Origin: Candidatus Gottesmanbacteria bacterium RIFCSPHIGHO2_01_FULL_40_15
GTDB lineage: Bacteria > Patescibacteriota > Microgenomatia > 2-02-FULL-39-11
Reading direction: 5' to 3'
NCBI GenBank assembly: GCA_001779115.1
Contig: MFJF01000005.1
Span: 142,888 to 206,887, forward strand
Length of the DNA stretch: 64,000 bases
The translations under genes and the position numbers were made by a program. The notes beneath the pieces were generated by a model. It did no database searches, was not told the DNA's origin, and saw only the letters and a program-made list of their open reading frames with translations. This document shows, in pieces, positions 30,700 through 39,409 of the stretch. How positions within the stretch are numbered: the first letter of the stretch is position 1; each line of letters opens with the position of its first letter.

Positions 30700-31155
30700 A
30701 TGAGAACCTTGTTGCAACGCGTGTTAAAAGGCAGAGTTCTTATTGACGGTGAAGTCATCAATGAAATTAATAAAGGGTATGTCATTTTATTGGGAATTTC
30801 CGAAACGGATACTGATAGACAAGTTAATCTGATTGCTGAAAAAACGGCAAATTTAAGGATTATGCCGGACAGTGATGGTAAAATGAACCTGTCCATTCTT
30901 CAAACGGGCGGAGAAATTCTGGTTGTCAGCCAATTCACTTTATACGCGGATTTATCGGCCGGCCGGCGACCTTCATTTCTTAAAAGCGGCAATCCCCAAC
31001 GTGCGGAAAAGTTATATGAACTATTTATCGAAAAGCTGAAAAAAGCGGGTATAAAGAAAGTAGTTTCGGGGAAATTCGGTGCATATATGACTGTCGAGAT
31101 CGTAAATGACGGACCGGTAACAATACTCATTGATTCCGATGAATTTTTAAAATGA
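30700..31155 (+). CDS. dtd: D-aminoacyl-tRNA deacylase
   Basis: 151 aa. Canonical Dtd N-terminus (MRTLLQRV..G.V) and SQFTLYAD motif. Confidence 0.9.
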   Translation: MRTLLQRVLKGRVLIDGEVINEINKGYVILLGISETDTDRQVNLIAEKTANLRIMPDSDGKMNLSILQTGGEILVVSQFTLYADLSAGRRPSFLKSGNPQRAEKLYELFIEKLKKAGIKKVVSGKFGAYMTVEIVNDGPVTILIDSDEFLK

Positions 31156-31255
31156 CTATTAATTTTTTTATTTGGGTGCCGGAACGAAGATAAGAACCGC
31201 CAAAAGAACTACAAAAATGGCCGTCATAATGACAACAAGTCTGACCATAAGTTTG

Positions 31256-31825
31256 TCATTTCATGAGTCCGAGGTTTTTTAAAGCAATATTCAGGGATTC
31301 AGTAGGCCCGTAATAAAAGGTATCAATAACCAGATCATAATATTTGGCATCCCAAAAATTATTAATCTTATAAAGACGTTCCCATTTTTTAAGATTTTCT
31401 TCCTCCCGCCTTTTCAAATGTTCCTTGGCCTGGTCAATTGTCATTTTTTCCCGGTTAACCAGACGGTCAACCCTTAAAGAAAAATCAGAGCAGTCAACGA
31501 ATATTCTAAATATACCTTCAATATTTCTGGCATCATATCCCGACAGCCATGATTCCATAATCAACTGTTTCTCGGTTTTTAATTTTTCCCTGATGTAATT
31601 ATCCAATTTGATATGATAGTCATCGGAAGAAAGATCAGTTCTTTCAAGAGGAATTTGCTTTTCTCTGGCATACTGGCGATATATTTCTCCGCCGTTCCAC
31701 AACCGCCAATTCAAAACTCTTTTTAAACCATGCGATAAAGTTGTAGCCCCGCTGGCAACTCTTCCTGAAACGGTGATGCATCTGTAAGCTATTCCGGCGG
31801 GTTTTTTGTCCATATATAAACTCAA
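31256..31825 (-). CDS. Cytidylate-kinase-like family P-loop protein
   Basis: 189 aa. P-loop ITVSGRVASGATT...HGL resembling the Cytidylate_kin2 family. Confidence 0.55.
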   Translation of the reverse strand: MSLYMDKKPAGIAYRCITVSGRVASGATTLSHGLKRVLNWRLWNGGEIYRQYAREKQIPLERTDLSSDDYHIKLDNYIREKLKTEKQLIMESWLSGYDARNIEGIFRIFVDCSDFSLRVDRLVNREKMTIDQAKEHLKRREEENLKKWERLYKINNFWDAKYYDLVIDTFYYGPTESLNIALKNLGLMK

Positions 31826-31873
31826 TATATTAATAATTAAACGGAATAAATATCTTTGGACGGGTGACAGGAA

Positions 31874-32344
31874 TTACTTGACGAGAGTTTTTCCCAGATT
31901 ATCCGCCCAGGAAGCCAATTTTTCTGAATTAGTCTGCTGGTCGAGATAAAATCCGTCTATTTTCAATGAATCAACCGCCAATATCCCTTCCAAATCTTTA
32001 ACAAACTGCTCCAGATGATTAACCGCTCCGCAAAAATACGTATAGGATGAATCTCCCAGTCCTAAAACGGCGAATTTTTTACCGGTTATTTTCTTACCTT
32101 TAAAAAGCTCCATAAACGGCCGGTAATCAGGATGAGGTTGTCCCTCTAAACCTTCATAATCCCAAGTGGAAGAGGCCAGAATTACGGCATCGGCATCAGT
32201 CAGTTCTTCCGGTTGAGTATCACGGACTTCCTTCATTGTCACCTGCAAATTTTGACTCATCAGATGTTCCTGAACTATTTGGGAGGCTAACTGTGTTCCG
32301 CCTGAATTGGTGGCATAGACAAGCAGAATATTCATATTATTCAT
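31874..32344 (-). CDS. Flavodoxin
   Basis: Start set at the internal MNNMNILLVYA (the ORF-track extension runs into the SOS promoter). Short-chain flavodoxin pattern (LVYATNSGGT...SSTWDYEG...). Confidence 0.8.
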   Translation of the reverse strand: MNNMNILLVYATNSGGTQLASQIVQEHLMSQNLQVTMKEVRDTQPEELTDADAVILASSTWDYEGLEGQPHPDYRPFMELFKGKKITGKKFAVLGLGDSSYTYFCGAVNHLEQFVKDLEGILAVDSLKIDGFYLDQQTNSEKLASWADNLGKTLVK

Positions 32345-32378
32345 ATTACAATACCTGCCCCCCGGTGACAAGCGACTC

Positions 32379-32407
32379 TTGACAGGTGAACGATCGTTCA
32401 CTATAAT
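32379..32407 (+). promoter_or_regulatory. Consensus sigma-70 promoter (TTGACA-N17-TATAAT) with LexA/Cheo-type SOS box TGAACGATCGTTCA (32387-32400) in the spacer
   Basis: Read directly. The -35 and -10 are exact consensus with a 17-nt spacer. The spacer carries a perfect 14-bp palindrome matching the Gram-positive-type LexA box GAAC-N4-GTTC. It is upstream of the small-ORF/lexA/Y-polymerase operon. Confidence 0.65.
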
Positions 32408-32417
32408 AGTATTAATA

Positions 32418-32594
32418 ATGGGAAAAAAAGATAAATTCCGGCCAATGTCAGCTACTTACCTCCGGTTTAAGAAACAGCTTAAAGCCCTGGAAACAGGCCG
32501 GTTGAGGACGGTCAAAAAATTGGCGCTTGAAGCCAGGAGAGAACTTATCCTGAAAAGCCGGGTCAGCCAGTTAAGTTTATCTTTAACAGGTTGA
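32418..32594 (+). CDS. Small basic helical protein (58 aa), first ORF of the SOS operon; near-leaderless
   Basis: ATG lies 10 nt after the -10 hexamer. The stop is 3 nt before the lexA ATG. No homology recognised (MGKKDKFRPMSATYLRFKKQLKALETGRL...). Confidence 0.35.
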   Translation: MGKKDKFRPMSATYLRFKKQLKALETGRLRTVKKLALEARRELILKSRVSQLSLSLTG

Positions 32595-32597
32595 ATT

Positions 32598-33170
32598 ATG
32601 AAGCTTGAAACAGCCAAAAATTTAATCAGAAAATTCTTCCGGCAACAGAAAAGACTGCCTTCCTATCAGGAGATGTGCCGCCTTTTCGGTTTTGCCTCCA
32701 AACAGTCCAGTTTCCGCCTGGCGAAAAAACTTGTTGAGGAAGGCACCTTAAAGAAGGACGATAAAGGCAGACTTGTTCCCGGACGTTTATTTTCCGCTCT
32801 GCCTATTGCCGGAATAATTGCCGCCGGCATGCCGAGAGATGCTTCGGAGACTCTTTTAGATTCATTATCTTTTGACGATTATCTGGTGAAAAAACCGGGG
32901 AATTCCTACCTGCTGCGGGTATCGGGCGACTCCATGATTGAAGCCGGCATTAATGAGGGTGACCTGGTGGTAGTTGAGAAGGATAAATTGCCGGGAGAAG
33001 GCGATGTGGTAGTGGCTTTTATAGACGATGAATTTACCCTCAAGCATTTTTCCCGAAAAAATAGCAGAATAGCCCTGTTTCCGGCGAATAAAAAATATCC
33101 GGTGCTCTACCCCAGAAATCAACTGTCGATTTTCGGCACGGTCGTTGCAGTAATCCGGAAATACCACTGA
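32598..33170 (+). CDS. lexA: LexA repressor (S24 peptidase)
   Basis: 190 aa. N-terminal wHTH, cleavage-site region AG (IIAAGMP), Ser (GDSM) and Lys (LKHF) of the S24 catalytic dyad. Confidence 0.9.
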   Translation: MKLETAKNLIRKFFRQQKRLPSYQEMCRLFGFASKQSSFRLAKKLVEEGTLKKDDKGRLVPGRLFSALPIAGIIAAGMPRDASETLLDSLSFDDYLVKKPGNSYLLRVSGDSMIEAGINEGDLVVVEKDKLPGEGDVVVAFIDDEFTLKHFSRKNSRIALFPANKKYPVLYPRNQLSIFGTVVAVIRKYH

Positions 33171-33204
33171 TAATAATTTTTCCCGCCACGGAGGTCACCG
33201 TTTT

Positions 33205-33468
33205 ATGAGTGAAGTCATCAATGAAAAAATCAGCGTTATCTCTTTTTATGACAGGAATAAAGGCAAGAGTTGGCCTGTTAAGTTTTTTTGGCAGGGAAGA
33301 TCCTACAAAATCCGGCAGGTAGGCTATCATTGGCCCGCCAGAATAGGAAGGAAACTGGTTCATATTTATTCTGTTGTGGCCGAAAATAACACCTCATTTA
33401 AACTGGTGCATGATACGGAAACGCTTCACTGGATTTTGGAGGAGGTTATCGATGAATTTGCCACTTAA
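33205..33468 (+). CDS. Hypothetical 87-aa protein translationally coupled to Y-family polymerase (possible YolD/UmuD-functional-analogue)
   Basis: Overlaps the polymerase start by 17 bp. A GGAGG for the polymerase lies inside its 3' end. No recognisable motif. Proposed role comes from position only. Confidence 0.4.
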   Translation: MSEVINEKISVISFYDRNKGKSWPVKFFWQGRSYKIRQVGYHWPARIGRKLVHIYSVVAENNTSFKLVHDTETLHWILEEVIDEFAT

Positions 33469-34705
33469 CCGGAATCGCCCTGCCATTATGCATATTGATC
33501 TTAATTCCTGCTTTGCCTCAGCTGAACAGCAGGCTTATCCGGTTTTGCGGGGAAAACCTCTGGTCATTGCGGCATATACCACACCGGGAGGCTGCGTTGT
33601 CGCCCCTTCGGTTGAAGCTAAACAATTCGGCATAAAAACCGGCATGACGGTGCGGGATGCCAGACTCCTTTGTAAAGATATTATCGTCCGCGACCCTGAT
33701 CCCCAACTTATCCGTGATATCCATCTCAAATTCAGGAAAGTCTTATCCGATTACTCGCCGAATCTTACCCCCAAATCAATTGACGAACTGGTTATAGATT
33801 TTGAAGGGACATTGAGCTTTAAAAGAGGACTTGTTGAGATCGGAAAAGAAATGAAACAGCGGATAAAAAAAGAAGTCGGTGAATGGATTTCCTGCAATAT
33901 CGGCATAGCCACCAACCGGTTCCTGGCGAAACTGGCCGCATCTTTGCATAAACCCGACGGACTGGACATTGTCACCGATAAAAATTTAAGAGAAGTTTAT
34001 GCGTCCCGCACCCTGACGGATCTTAACGGCATTAATACGCGTTATGAGGCGCGGCTGAACGCATGCGGCATATTTACTCCCTTACAGTTTCTTAACGCTT
34101 CTTTGGATATTCTTAAAAAAAGAGTCTTTAAAAGCATCAACGGTTACTACTGGTATTTGAGACTGAGGGGCTGGGAGATAGACGCTGTTGAATTTGCCCG
34201 AAAAAGTTACGGACAGTCATATGCTTTAAAGGAGCAGACGGATGATCCGAAAAAATTAATCCGGTTACTTATGAAGCTTTGCGAAAAAATGGGCCGGAGA
34301 CTCAGAAAGAGAAACTATCAGGCATACGGAATTCATGTGGCTTTAGTTTATACGGACATGACTTACTGGCATATGGGAAGAACCCTTCAGATTCCCCTTT
34401 ATTCAACTGCTGACCTTTACAGAAAAGCAGTCTGGATTTTTAACCGGCAGCCCCAACAAAAAAAAGTCAGGGATTTGGCGGTAAGCTGCTTTCATCTTGA
34501 AAGTACCCAACCGGAACAGCTGGATCTGTTTGATTCGGAGATGAAAAACAATAAAAATGTCATTAAAGCGGTTGATGCGATTAACGACAAATACGGAGAA
34601 CTTATCGTTACTCCGGCCCTGATGATGGGAATGAAAAACGTGATAATTGACAGAATTGCCTTCGGGGGGGTCAGCGAACTGGAAGATATATATTTAGCCC
34701 GATAA
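33452..34705 (+). CDS. Y-family translesion DNA polymerase (DinB/UmuC-like)
   Basis: Start at the internal ATG with a GGAGG RBS. IMHIDLNSCFASAEQ (catalytic D, FxS, E) N-terminus, fingers/palm/little-finger architecture, 417 aa. Confidence 0.85.
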   Translation: MNLPLNRNRPAIMHIDLNSCFASAEQQAYPVLRGKPLVIAAYTTPGGCVVAPSVEAKQFGIKTGMTVRDARLLCKDIIVRDPDPQLIRDIHLKFRKVLSDYSPNLTPKSIDELVIDFEGTLSFKRGLVEIGKEMKQRIKKEVGEWISCNIGIATNRFLAKLAASLHKPDGLDIVTDKNLREVYASRTLTDLNGINTRYEARLNACGIFTPLQFLNASLDILKKRVFKSINGYYWYLRLRGWEIDAVEFARKSYGQSYALKEQTDDPKKLIRLLMKLCEKMGRRLRKRNYQAYGIHVALVYTDMTYWHMGRTLQIPLYSTADLYRKAVWIFNRQPQQKKVRDLAVSCFHLESTQPEQLDLFDSEMKNNKNVIKAVDAINDKYGELIVTPALMMGMKNVIIDRIAFGGVSELEDIYLAR

Positions 34706-34777
34706 ATCTTTGACCAAACGGTAGGCATCCCTCCGATAGCGGATCAGTACAATGAATGAATAAACAGGTCAGGTAAG

Positions 34778-35398
34778 TTATTTTTTTATCGCTTCTTCGA
34801 CGGCTTTGTCCAGATCGGTACGGGAAAAGAGATTCAGTTTTTTGCCGTTTAAAAAAAAGGTAGGAGTGGCGTCAACCCCGAATTTTCTGCCGTCTGTAAG
34901 ATCACGGTTAATCTTATCCTGATATTTTTTCTCTTTATAGGCTGCTTCAAAATTTTCTTTATCAAGACCCAACTTTTCAGCGGCTTCAAGAAGAAATTGC
35001 TCAGACAAATTTTCCTGATTTTCAAAAATATAATCATGCATTTCCCAAAATTTACCCTGTTCTCCGGCGGCTTCGGCTGCGAGGGCTGCCGGCCAAGCCT
35101 GTTCATGCTGATCCAAGGGAAAATGCCGGTATGCAAAAACCAGATTATCCTTATTGTCCTCCACAACGTTTTTCACCTGGGGATAAAACGATCCGCAGGC
35201 AGGACACTGGAAATCGGAAAATTCAATCAGACAGTTTCTCGCTTTTTCATTTCCTTTTTTATAAGAATCTGAAGTGAGAATTTCCTGACAAGTGAAAGCC
35301 GGAGCGGGCCGGGACAGGAAAAATATTCCTCCTATAACCAGAATTACCGTTACCAGGACGATACCGATTAAAAATTTTGATTCTCCGCTTAATTTCAC
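34778..35398 (-). CDS. DsbA-family thiol:disulfide oxidoreductase (thioredoxin fold), membrane-anchored
   Basis: 206 aa. N-terminal TM and the CPAC active site in an FSDFQCPACGSFYP context. Confidence 0.8.
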   Translation of the reverse strand: MKLSGESKFLIGIVLVTVILVIGGIFFLSRPAPAFTCQEILTSDSYKKGNEKARNCLIEFSDFQCPACGSFYPQVKNVVEDNKDNLVFAYRHFPLDQHEQAWPAALAAEAAGEQGKFWEMHDYIFENQENLSEQFLLEAAEKLGLDKENFEAAYKEKKYQDKINRDLTDGRKFGVDATPTFFLNGKKLNLFSRTDLDKAVEEAIKK

Positions 35399-35838
35399 TT
35401 TGTCCGCCTTTCCAGTTGATACATTTTAAGACCAATAATAAAGATTATCAACATATTCAAAGCAGATATAGCGCACCAGGTACAAACAGCTTTAATATAA
35501 AATATTTCCGTATAAGTAAACCAACCGACAAATAATACTCCGAAAACGGCAATAGCCAGGATTGCTTTCAGAAGTTTTAAGTCTTGGGAAACCGATCTGG
35601 CAAAGGTGAGAATCATCAACACAAAATAGCCGATCAAACCGACCAGGGGTACAGGTATGCCCAAGGGGTAGCTGTAAGGACTTTTTCTGACTATTTCACA
35701 ACCTTCATTGACGCAGACAATTGATGTTTTTTTTATAAAACCGTAAAGCACATAAACGGCTATTATTACGCCGATTATCGACAGGATAAAAACTATCCTA
35801 TTAAGAACTTTTTTTGTTAATTTAATATTTTCAGCCAT
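35395..35838 (-). CDS. Vitamin K epoxide reductase (VKOR)-family protein
   Basis: 147 aa. Four TM helices, loop Cys pair (CVNEGC) and TM4 CxxC (CTWC). Overlaps the dsbA-like start by 4 bp, the classic VKOR-DsbA pairing. Confidence 0.75.
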   Translation of the reverse strand: MAENIKLTKKVLNRIVFILSIIGVIIAVYVLYGFIKKTSIVCVNEGCEIVRKSPYSYPLGIPVPLVGLIGYFVLMILTFARSVSQDLKLLKAILAIAVFGVLFVGWFTYTEIFYIKAVCTWCAISALNMLIIFIIGLKMYQLERRTK

Positions 35839-35888
35839 TTATTTTTTATGTCTGGTATTATATATTTAATAAACTTAAGTTTCAATTT

Positions 35889-36101
35889 ATGTGTTTTTCA
35901 ATCCCCTACCGAGTTGAAAAAATTGTAAATAAAACAGCAATTCTTGAAGGCGGAAAAAAAGCCGGAGTTGATGAAAATCTCAAAGTAAAAAAAGGCGATT
36001 ATTTGCAAATCGCCGGGAATATGGCTGTCAGGAAAATTTCTGCCGGAGAGGGACTTAAGATCAGAAGATTAATTAAAACTTTATACAATAATGGAAAATA
36101 A
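35889..36101 (+). CDS. hypC: [NiFe]-hydrogenase maturation factor HypC/HupF family
   Basis: 70 aa beginning MCFSIP (the MC(L/I)(A/G)(I/V)P N-terminus with Cys2 essential in HypC) and a hVGxxA-like C-terminal half. Confidence 0.75.
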   Translation: MCFSIPYRVEKIVNKTAILEGGKKAGVDENLKVKKGDYLQIAGNMAVRKISAGEGLKIRRLIKTLYNNGK

Positions 36102-37008
36102 TATCAAAAAAGGGGTTATTCTGTCTTTAATAACGGCGGTTATATCGGGAATTGCAATTTTTTATAACAAACAGGTTTTGGTAAAGGGCATCGATCCTTT
36201 AATTTTCAACATCATAAAAAACGGCGGTACCGCGTTAATTTTATCCTTTTTCATTTTGGGAAGAAATCCCCGCATATCAAGCTTGTCAAGGCGGCACCTT
36301 GACAAGTTTGACAAGAGGCTGATACTGATCGGATTGATCGGAGGAAGTCTGCCTTTTATCCTTTATTTTCAGGGTTTAACCGAATCAACGCCGGTTGTGG
36401 CCAATTTAATCCATAAAACACTTTTTATATGGGTAGCCATATTTTCGGTTTCTGTTTTAAAGGAAAAACTGTCATATTATCAAATAATCGGATACCTTTT
36501 AATTATTTTTGCAAATTTTTTTATCGGCGGACTTACCCAATTTAAATTTGGAGTTCCGGAAATTTTCATTTTATCGGCCACTCTTTTATGGTCTTTTGAA
36601 AATATAATTGCCAAAATTGTACTAAAAAAAACAGAAAGCAGCACTGTTGCCTGGGGCAGGATGACATTTGGTACTGTATTTCTTATTTTTATTGCCGTTA
36701 TTTCGGGTAAAGCACAGCTCATTTGGCAGGTTGCGCCTGAACAAATTCTACCAATTTCAGGAAGTATCATTCTGCTGACTTTATACGTAATTACCTGGTA
36801 TAAAGCCCTTAAATATGCTCCGGCAACACTGGTTACGTCGATTCTGATCCTTGCCACACCGGTCACCAATTTTTTATCGGCAGTAACAATTACCCGTGAT
36901 TTTTCACCGATAATTTCCGTTAACTCTTTGGCTGTATTGACCGGTGTTATCCTGATTAGTGTTATTACTTCGGGAAAGTATCAAAGTGCCAGGAAATATT
37001 ATCAGTAA
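36091..37008 (+). CDS. EamA/DMT-superfamily transporter
   Basis: 305 aa. 10 TM helices in two EamA repeats. Overlaps the hypC end by 11 bp. Confidence 0.75.
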   Translation: MENNIKKGVILSLITAVISGIAIFYNKQVLVKGIDPLIFNIIKNGGTALILSFFILGRNPRISSLSRRHLDKFDKRLILIGLIGGSLPFILYFQGLTESTPVVANLIHKTLFIWVAIFSVSVLKEKLSYYQIIGYLLIIFANFFIGGLTQFKFGVPEIFILSATLLWSFENIIAKIVLKKTESSTVAWGRMTFGTVFLIFIAVISGKAQLIWQVAPEQILPISGSIILLTLYVITWYKALKYAPATLVTSILILATPVTNFLSAVTITRDFSPIISVNSLAVLTGVILISVITSGKYQSARKYYQ

Positions 37009-37753
37009 CGGCAAACCGATTTGCGGACTTTACCAATGCTGCCGGTTTTCTTATCCGCCAAATTCTCTTTCGTTATGCGGACCGGCTAAAGCTTCAAACC
37101 TCCGGCATTATTCACTAACCGGCTTAACTGATATTGGAACCGCAGAAATTCTGTCACAATTTTCAACTCTTTATCCTTACTTGTGTTTAATTGCATATGA
37201 AAATAAAATCAGCGATCCCTTTGACAATCGGGTAGTTGAAGCCTACTGGCTAGGCAACTCATTACTATACAAAATTAAAAAATCCGCTTTTTATAATCTT
37301 CTAAATGAGAAGCTGTCCTTAAGAAAAAAACTAAACCGGAGTGATTTGGAGATTATTTCCAATAAATTCCGGTATGAATCGGTTCCCCATCATTCCTTCC
37401 ATGTTTTAAACATATATATAAGGACCGGACATTTTGATTTACCGCACACATTAGAAACCATGGACGCCTGTCTAGTCAATTACGGAAAAATTATTTCCAT
37501 CTCCAAGGGAAAAATCAGAATCCGGACACAAAGACTGAAACAATTCAAGGGAAAGCTTTATATGGAAAAAAACTGCATAAAAGAAATAAGTAAACAGGGA
37601 GCACATGACATCCTCTTTCAATCATTATCGGTTGGTGATGATGTCAGTTACCATTGGGGATTTCTGACATCAAGGTTAACTCTGAGGCAACGCGCTAATC
37701 TGAAATATTTTACCGGGTTATCCGTCAATCTGGCCAATGCGAAAAATTTATGA
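36959..37753 (+). CDS. Hypothetical Cys-rich protein in hydrogenase-maturation operon
   Basis: 264 aa. N-terminal CGLYQCCRFSYPPNSLSLCGP (4 Cys in 18 aa). No recognised family. The only in-frame ATG overlaps the EamA gene by 50 bp, so the start is uncertain. The stop overlaps the endopeptidase start by 4 bp. Confidence 0.4.
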   Translation: MLLLRESIKVPGNIISNGKPICGLYQCCRFSYPPNSLSLCGPAKASNLRHYSLTGLTDIGTAEILSQFSTLYPYLCLIAYENKISDPFDNRVVEAYWLGNSLLYKIKKSAFYNLLNEKLSLRKKLNRSDLEIISNKFRYESVPHHSFHVLNIYIRTGHFDLPHTLETMDACLVNYGKIISISKGKIRIRTQRLKQFKGKLYMEKNCIKEISKQGAHDILFQSLSVGDDVSYHWGFLTSRLTLRQRANLKYFTGLSVNLANAKNL

Positions 37754-38133
37754 AAAGAATAATTTATTGCCTCGGCAATCCACTTATTCAAAAGGACAGT
37801 CTGCCTTTAAAATTAATGCCTCATTTAAAGGCAATTTTACCTTCTTATAATTTTGAAGTATTTGATCCGACTGAGGTAAGCGACATTTCTGATAATTCAA
37901 TATTTCTAGATACAGTTACGGGAATTAATAAAGTTAAAATATTTACCGGCCTGAAGTATTTTTTACTTTCACCCCGCAACAGTGTTCACGACTATGATTT
38001 ACCCCTGTTATTGGGATTAATGCTTAAACTGGGAAAAATAAAAAAATTCAAAATCATCGGTGTCCCGGCAAATTATTCTTTTGAAGAAGCATATGAATCC
38101 GTAAAAGGATGTCTTAAAGATAACGGAATTTAA
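37750..38133 (+). CDS. Hydrogenase maturation endopeptidase (HycI/HybD family)
   Basis: 127 aa. N-terminal (L/C)LGxGN-like CLGNPLIQKD with a conserved Asp, and a later SVHDYD His region. Converges on and overlaps the large-subunit gene, whose product carries a short extension after DPCxxCxxH. Confidence 0.6.
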   Translation: MKRIIYCLGNPLIQKDSLPLKLMPHLKAILPSYNFEVFDPTEVSDISDNSIFLDTVTGINKVKIFTGLKYFLLSPRNSVHDYDLPLLLGLMLKLGKIKKFKIIGVPANYSFEEAYESVKGCLKDNGI

Positions 38134-39406
38134 GGAAATGCGAGGCGCAACTCATACAGGGATCATACGCCCTGACTATTGATTCAATTGTGTGTTCCAG
38201 GGATGATTTGTCCTTAATGGCCGCCATATTATCAATTATGAATTGGCGGATAGATTCTTCAATGCCGATCTGATTTTGTCCGGTGGGAACAACTATCCGG
38301 CCGTTTTTAATCTTTCCGCCTGCGTCAACTTCCAAACGGTAGTAAAGTGTACCGCGCGGAGCTTCAACAACCCCAACACCAATGCTTTCCTTTCTTTGAA
38401 GAACAACCTGACTCTCGGGATAAATTTTGATATTATTGATAATTTCCAGTGAAGAATCAACGGCGTGAAGAATTTCAATGGCCTGGGCTAAATTATTGTG
38501 ATAAATATTTTGTGACGGAAATATTTTGAGATATTTTTCCGTATCTTTTACAGTTCTTTTGTGAAGCTTATCTTTGGCCAGGTTCAAACGGGCCAAAGCC
38601 CCGACCATGTAGGTTTTACCCAAATATTTGTAGCCTGTCGCATGGGAATAAGGAATAATAACTTTTTCCAGATAATCTCCGAATTTTTTCTCCCCGACAA
38701 TATCTCCGTTACTACTAAAAAGAGAACCGGACAGGAACGACAGTTCATCATCAATAAGTGAGGCATACAGTAAATTTTTTCTGAGTAAACGGCCGTCTTT
38801 TTTAAAAAACAGGTCTATTAAATCTAATACCAGAGGTCTTATTTTTTCCAATTGTTCGCCCGTCTTTTTTAAATCATCAGTTAAGGGTAGCCTGGTAAAT
38901 CCCCCGGGGATAATAAAGGGTGCATGGACACTTCTGCCGCCGACTGTTTTACCCAGTTGATTACCGGCTGCTTTTACAATAAACGCATTATGGAGCATCT
39001 GATGCTCTAATGAATCACTTTCATCAAAATCCAGTATTGAATCCTTACCGAAAAGATCAGGCAGTACAAAAACATACAAATGAAGAGCATGATCCCTGAT
39101 AAACAGACCGTAATTTAATAGTTTTCTTAAATTCACTGTCTGAGGGCTGACTGAAACAGCCAAAGCATTTTCAACAGCTTTAACGGCACATAAAAGATGA
39201 GCATTTGAGCAAGTACCGCAGATACGGGCAGTCAACTGGGGAAGCGCGGCAATATCTTTTCCCCTTATAGCCTGAGTATAAAACCTCTTATATTCGGCAA
39301 TGGAAAATTTTATATCCTGAAGTTTTCCGTTCCTAATTTTTATCTCACAGGAAGCTTTGCCTTCAATTTTAGATATATCCGATAATGACAGATCAAGATT
39401 ATGCAT
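38114..39406 (-). CDS. [NiFe]-hydrogenase large subunit (group-3-type L1/L2 motifs)
   Basis: 430 aa. L1 motif RICGTCSNAH and L2 motif DPCMSCASH, followed by a 7-aa C-terminal extension (FLKFRYL). Confidence 0.9.
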   Translation of the reverse strand: MHNLDLSLSDISKIEGKASCEIKIRNGKLQDIKFSIAEYKRFYTQAIRGKDIAALPQLTARICGTCSNAHLLCAVKAVENALAVSVSPQTVNLRKLLNYGLFIRDHALHLYVFVLPDLFGKDSILDFDESDSLEHQMLHNAFIVKAAGNQLGKTVGGRSVHAPFIIPGGFTRLPLTDDLKKTGEQLEKIRPLVLDLIDLFFKKDGRLLRKNLLYASLIDDELSFLSGSLFSSNGDIVGEKKFGDYLEKVIIPYSHATGYKYLGKTYMVGALARLNLAKDKLHKRTVKDTEKYLKIFPSQNIYHNNLAQAIEILHAVDSSLEIINNIKIYPESQVVLQRKESIGVGVVEAPRGTLYYRLEVDAGGKIKNGRIVVPTGQNQIGIEESIRQFIIDNMAAIKDKSSLEHTIESIVRAYDPCMSCASHFLKFRYL

Positions 39407-39409
39407 GGG

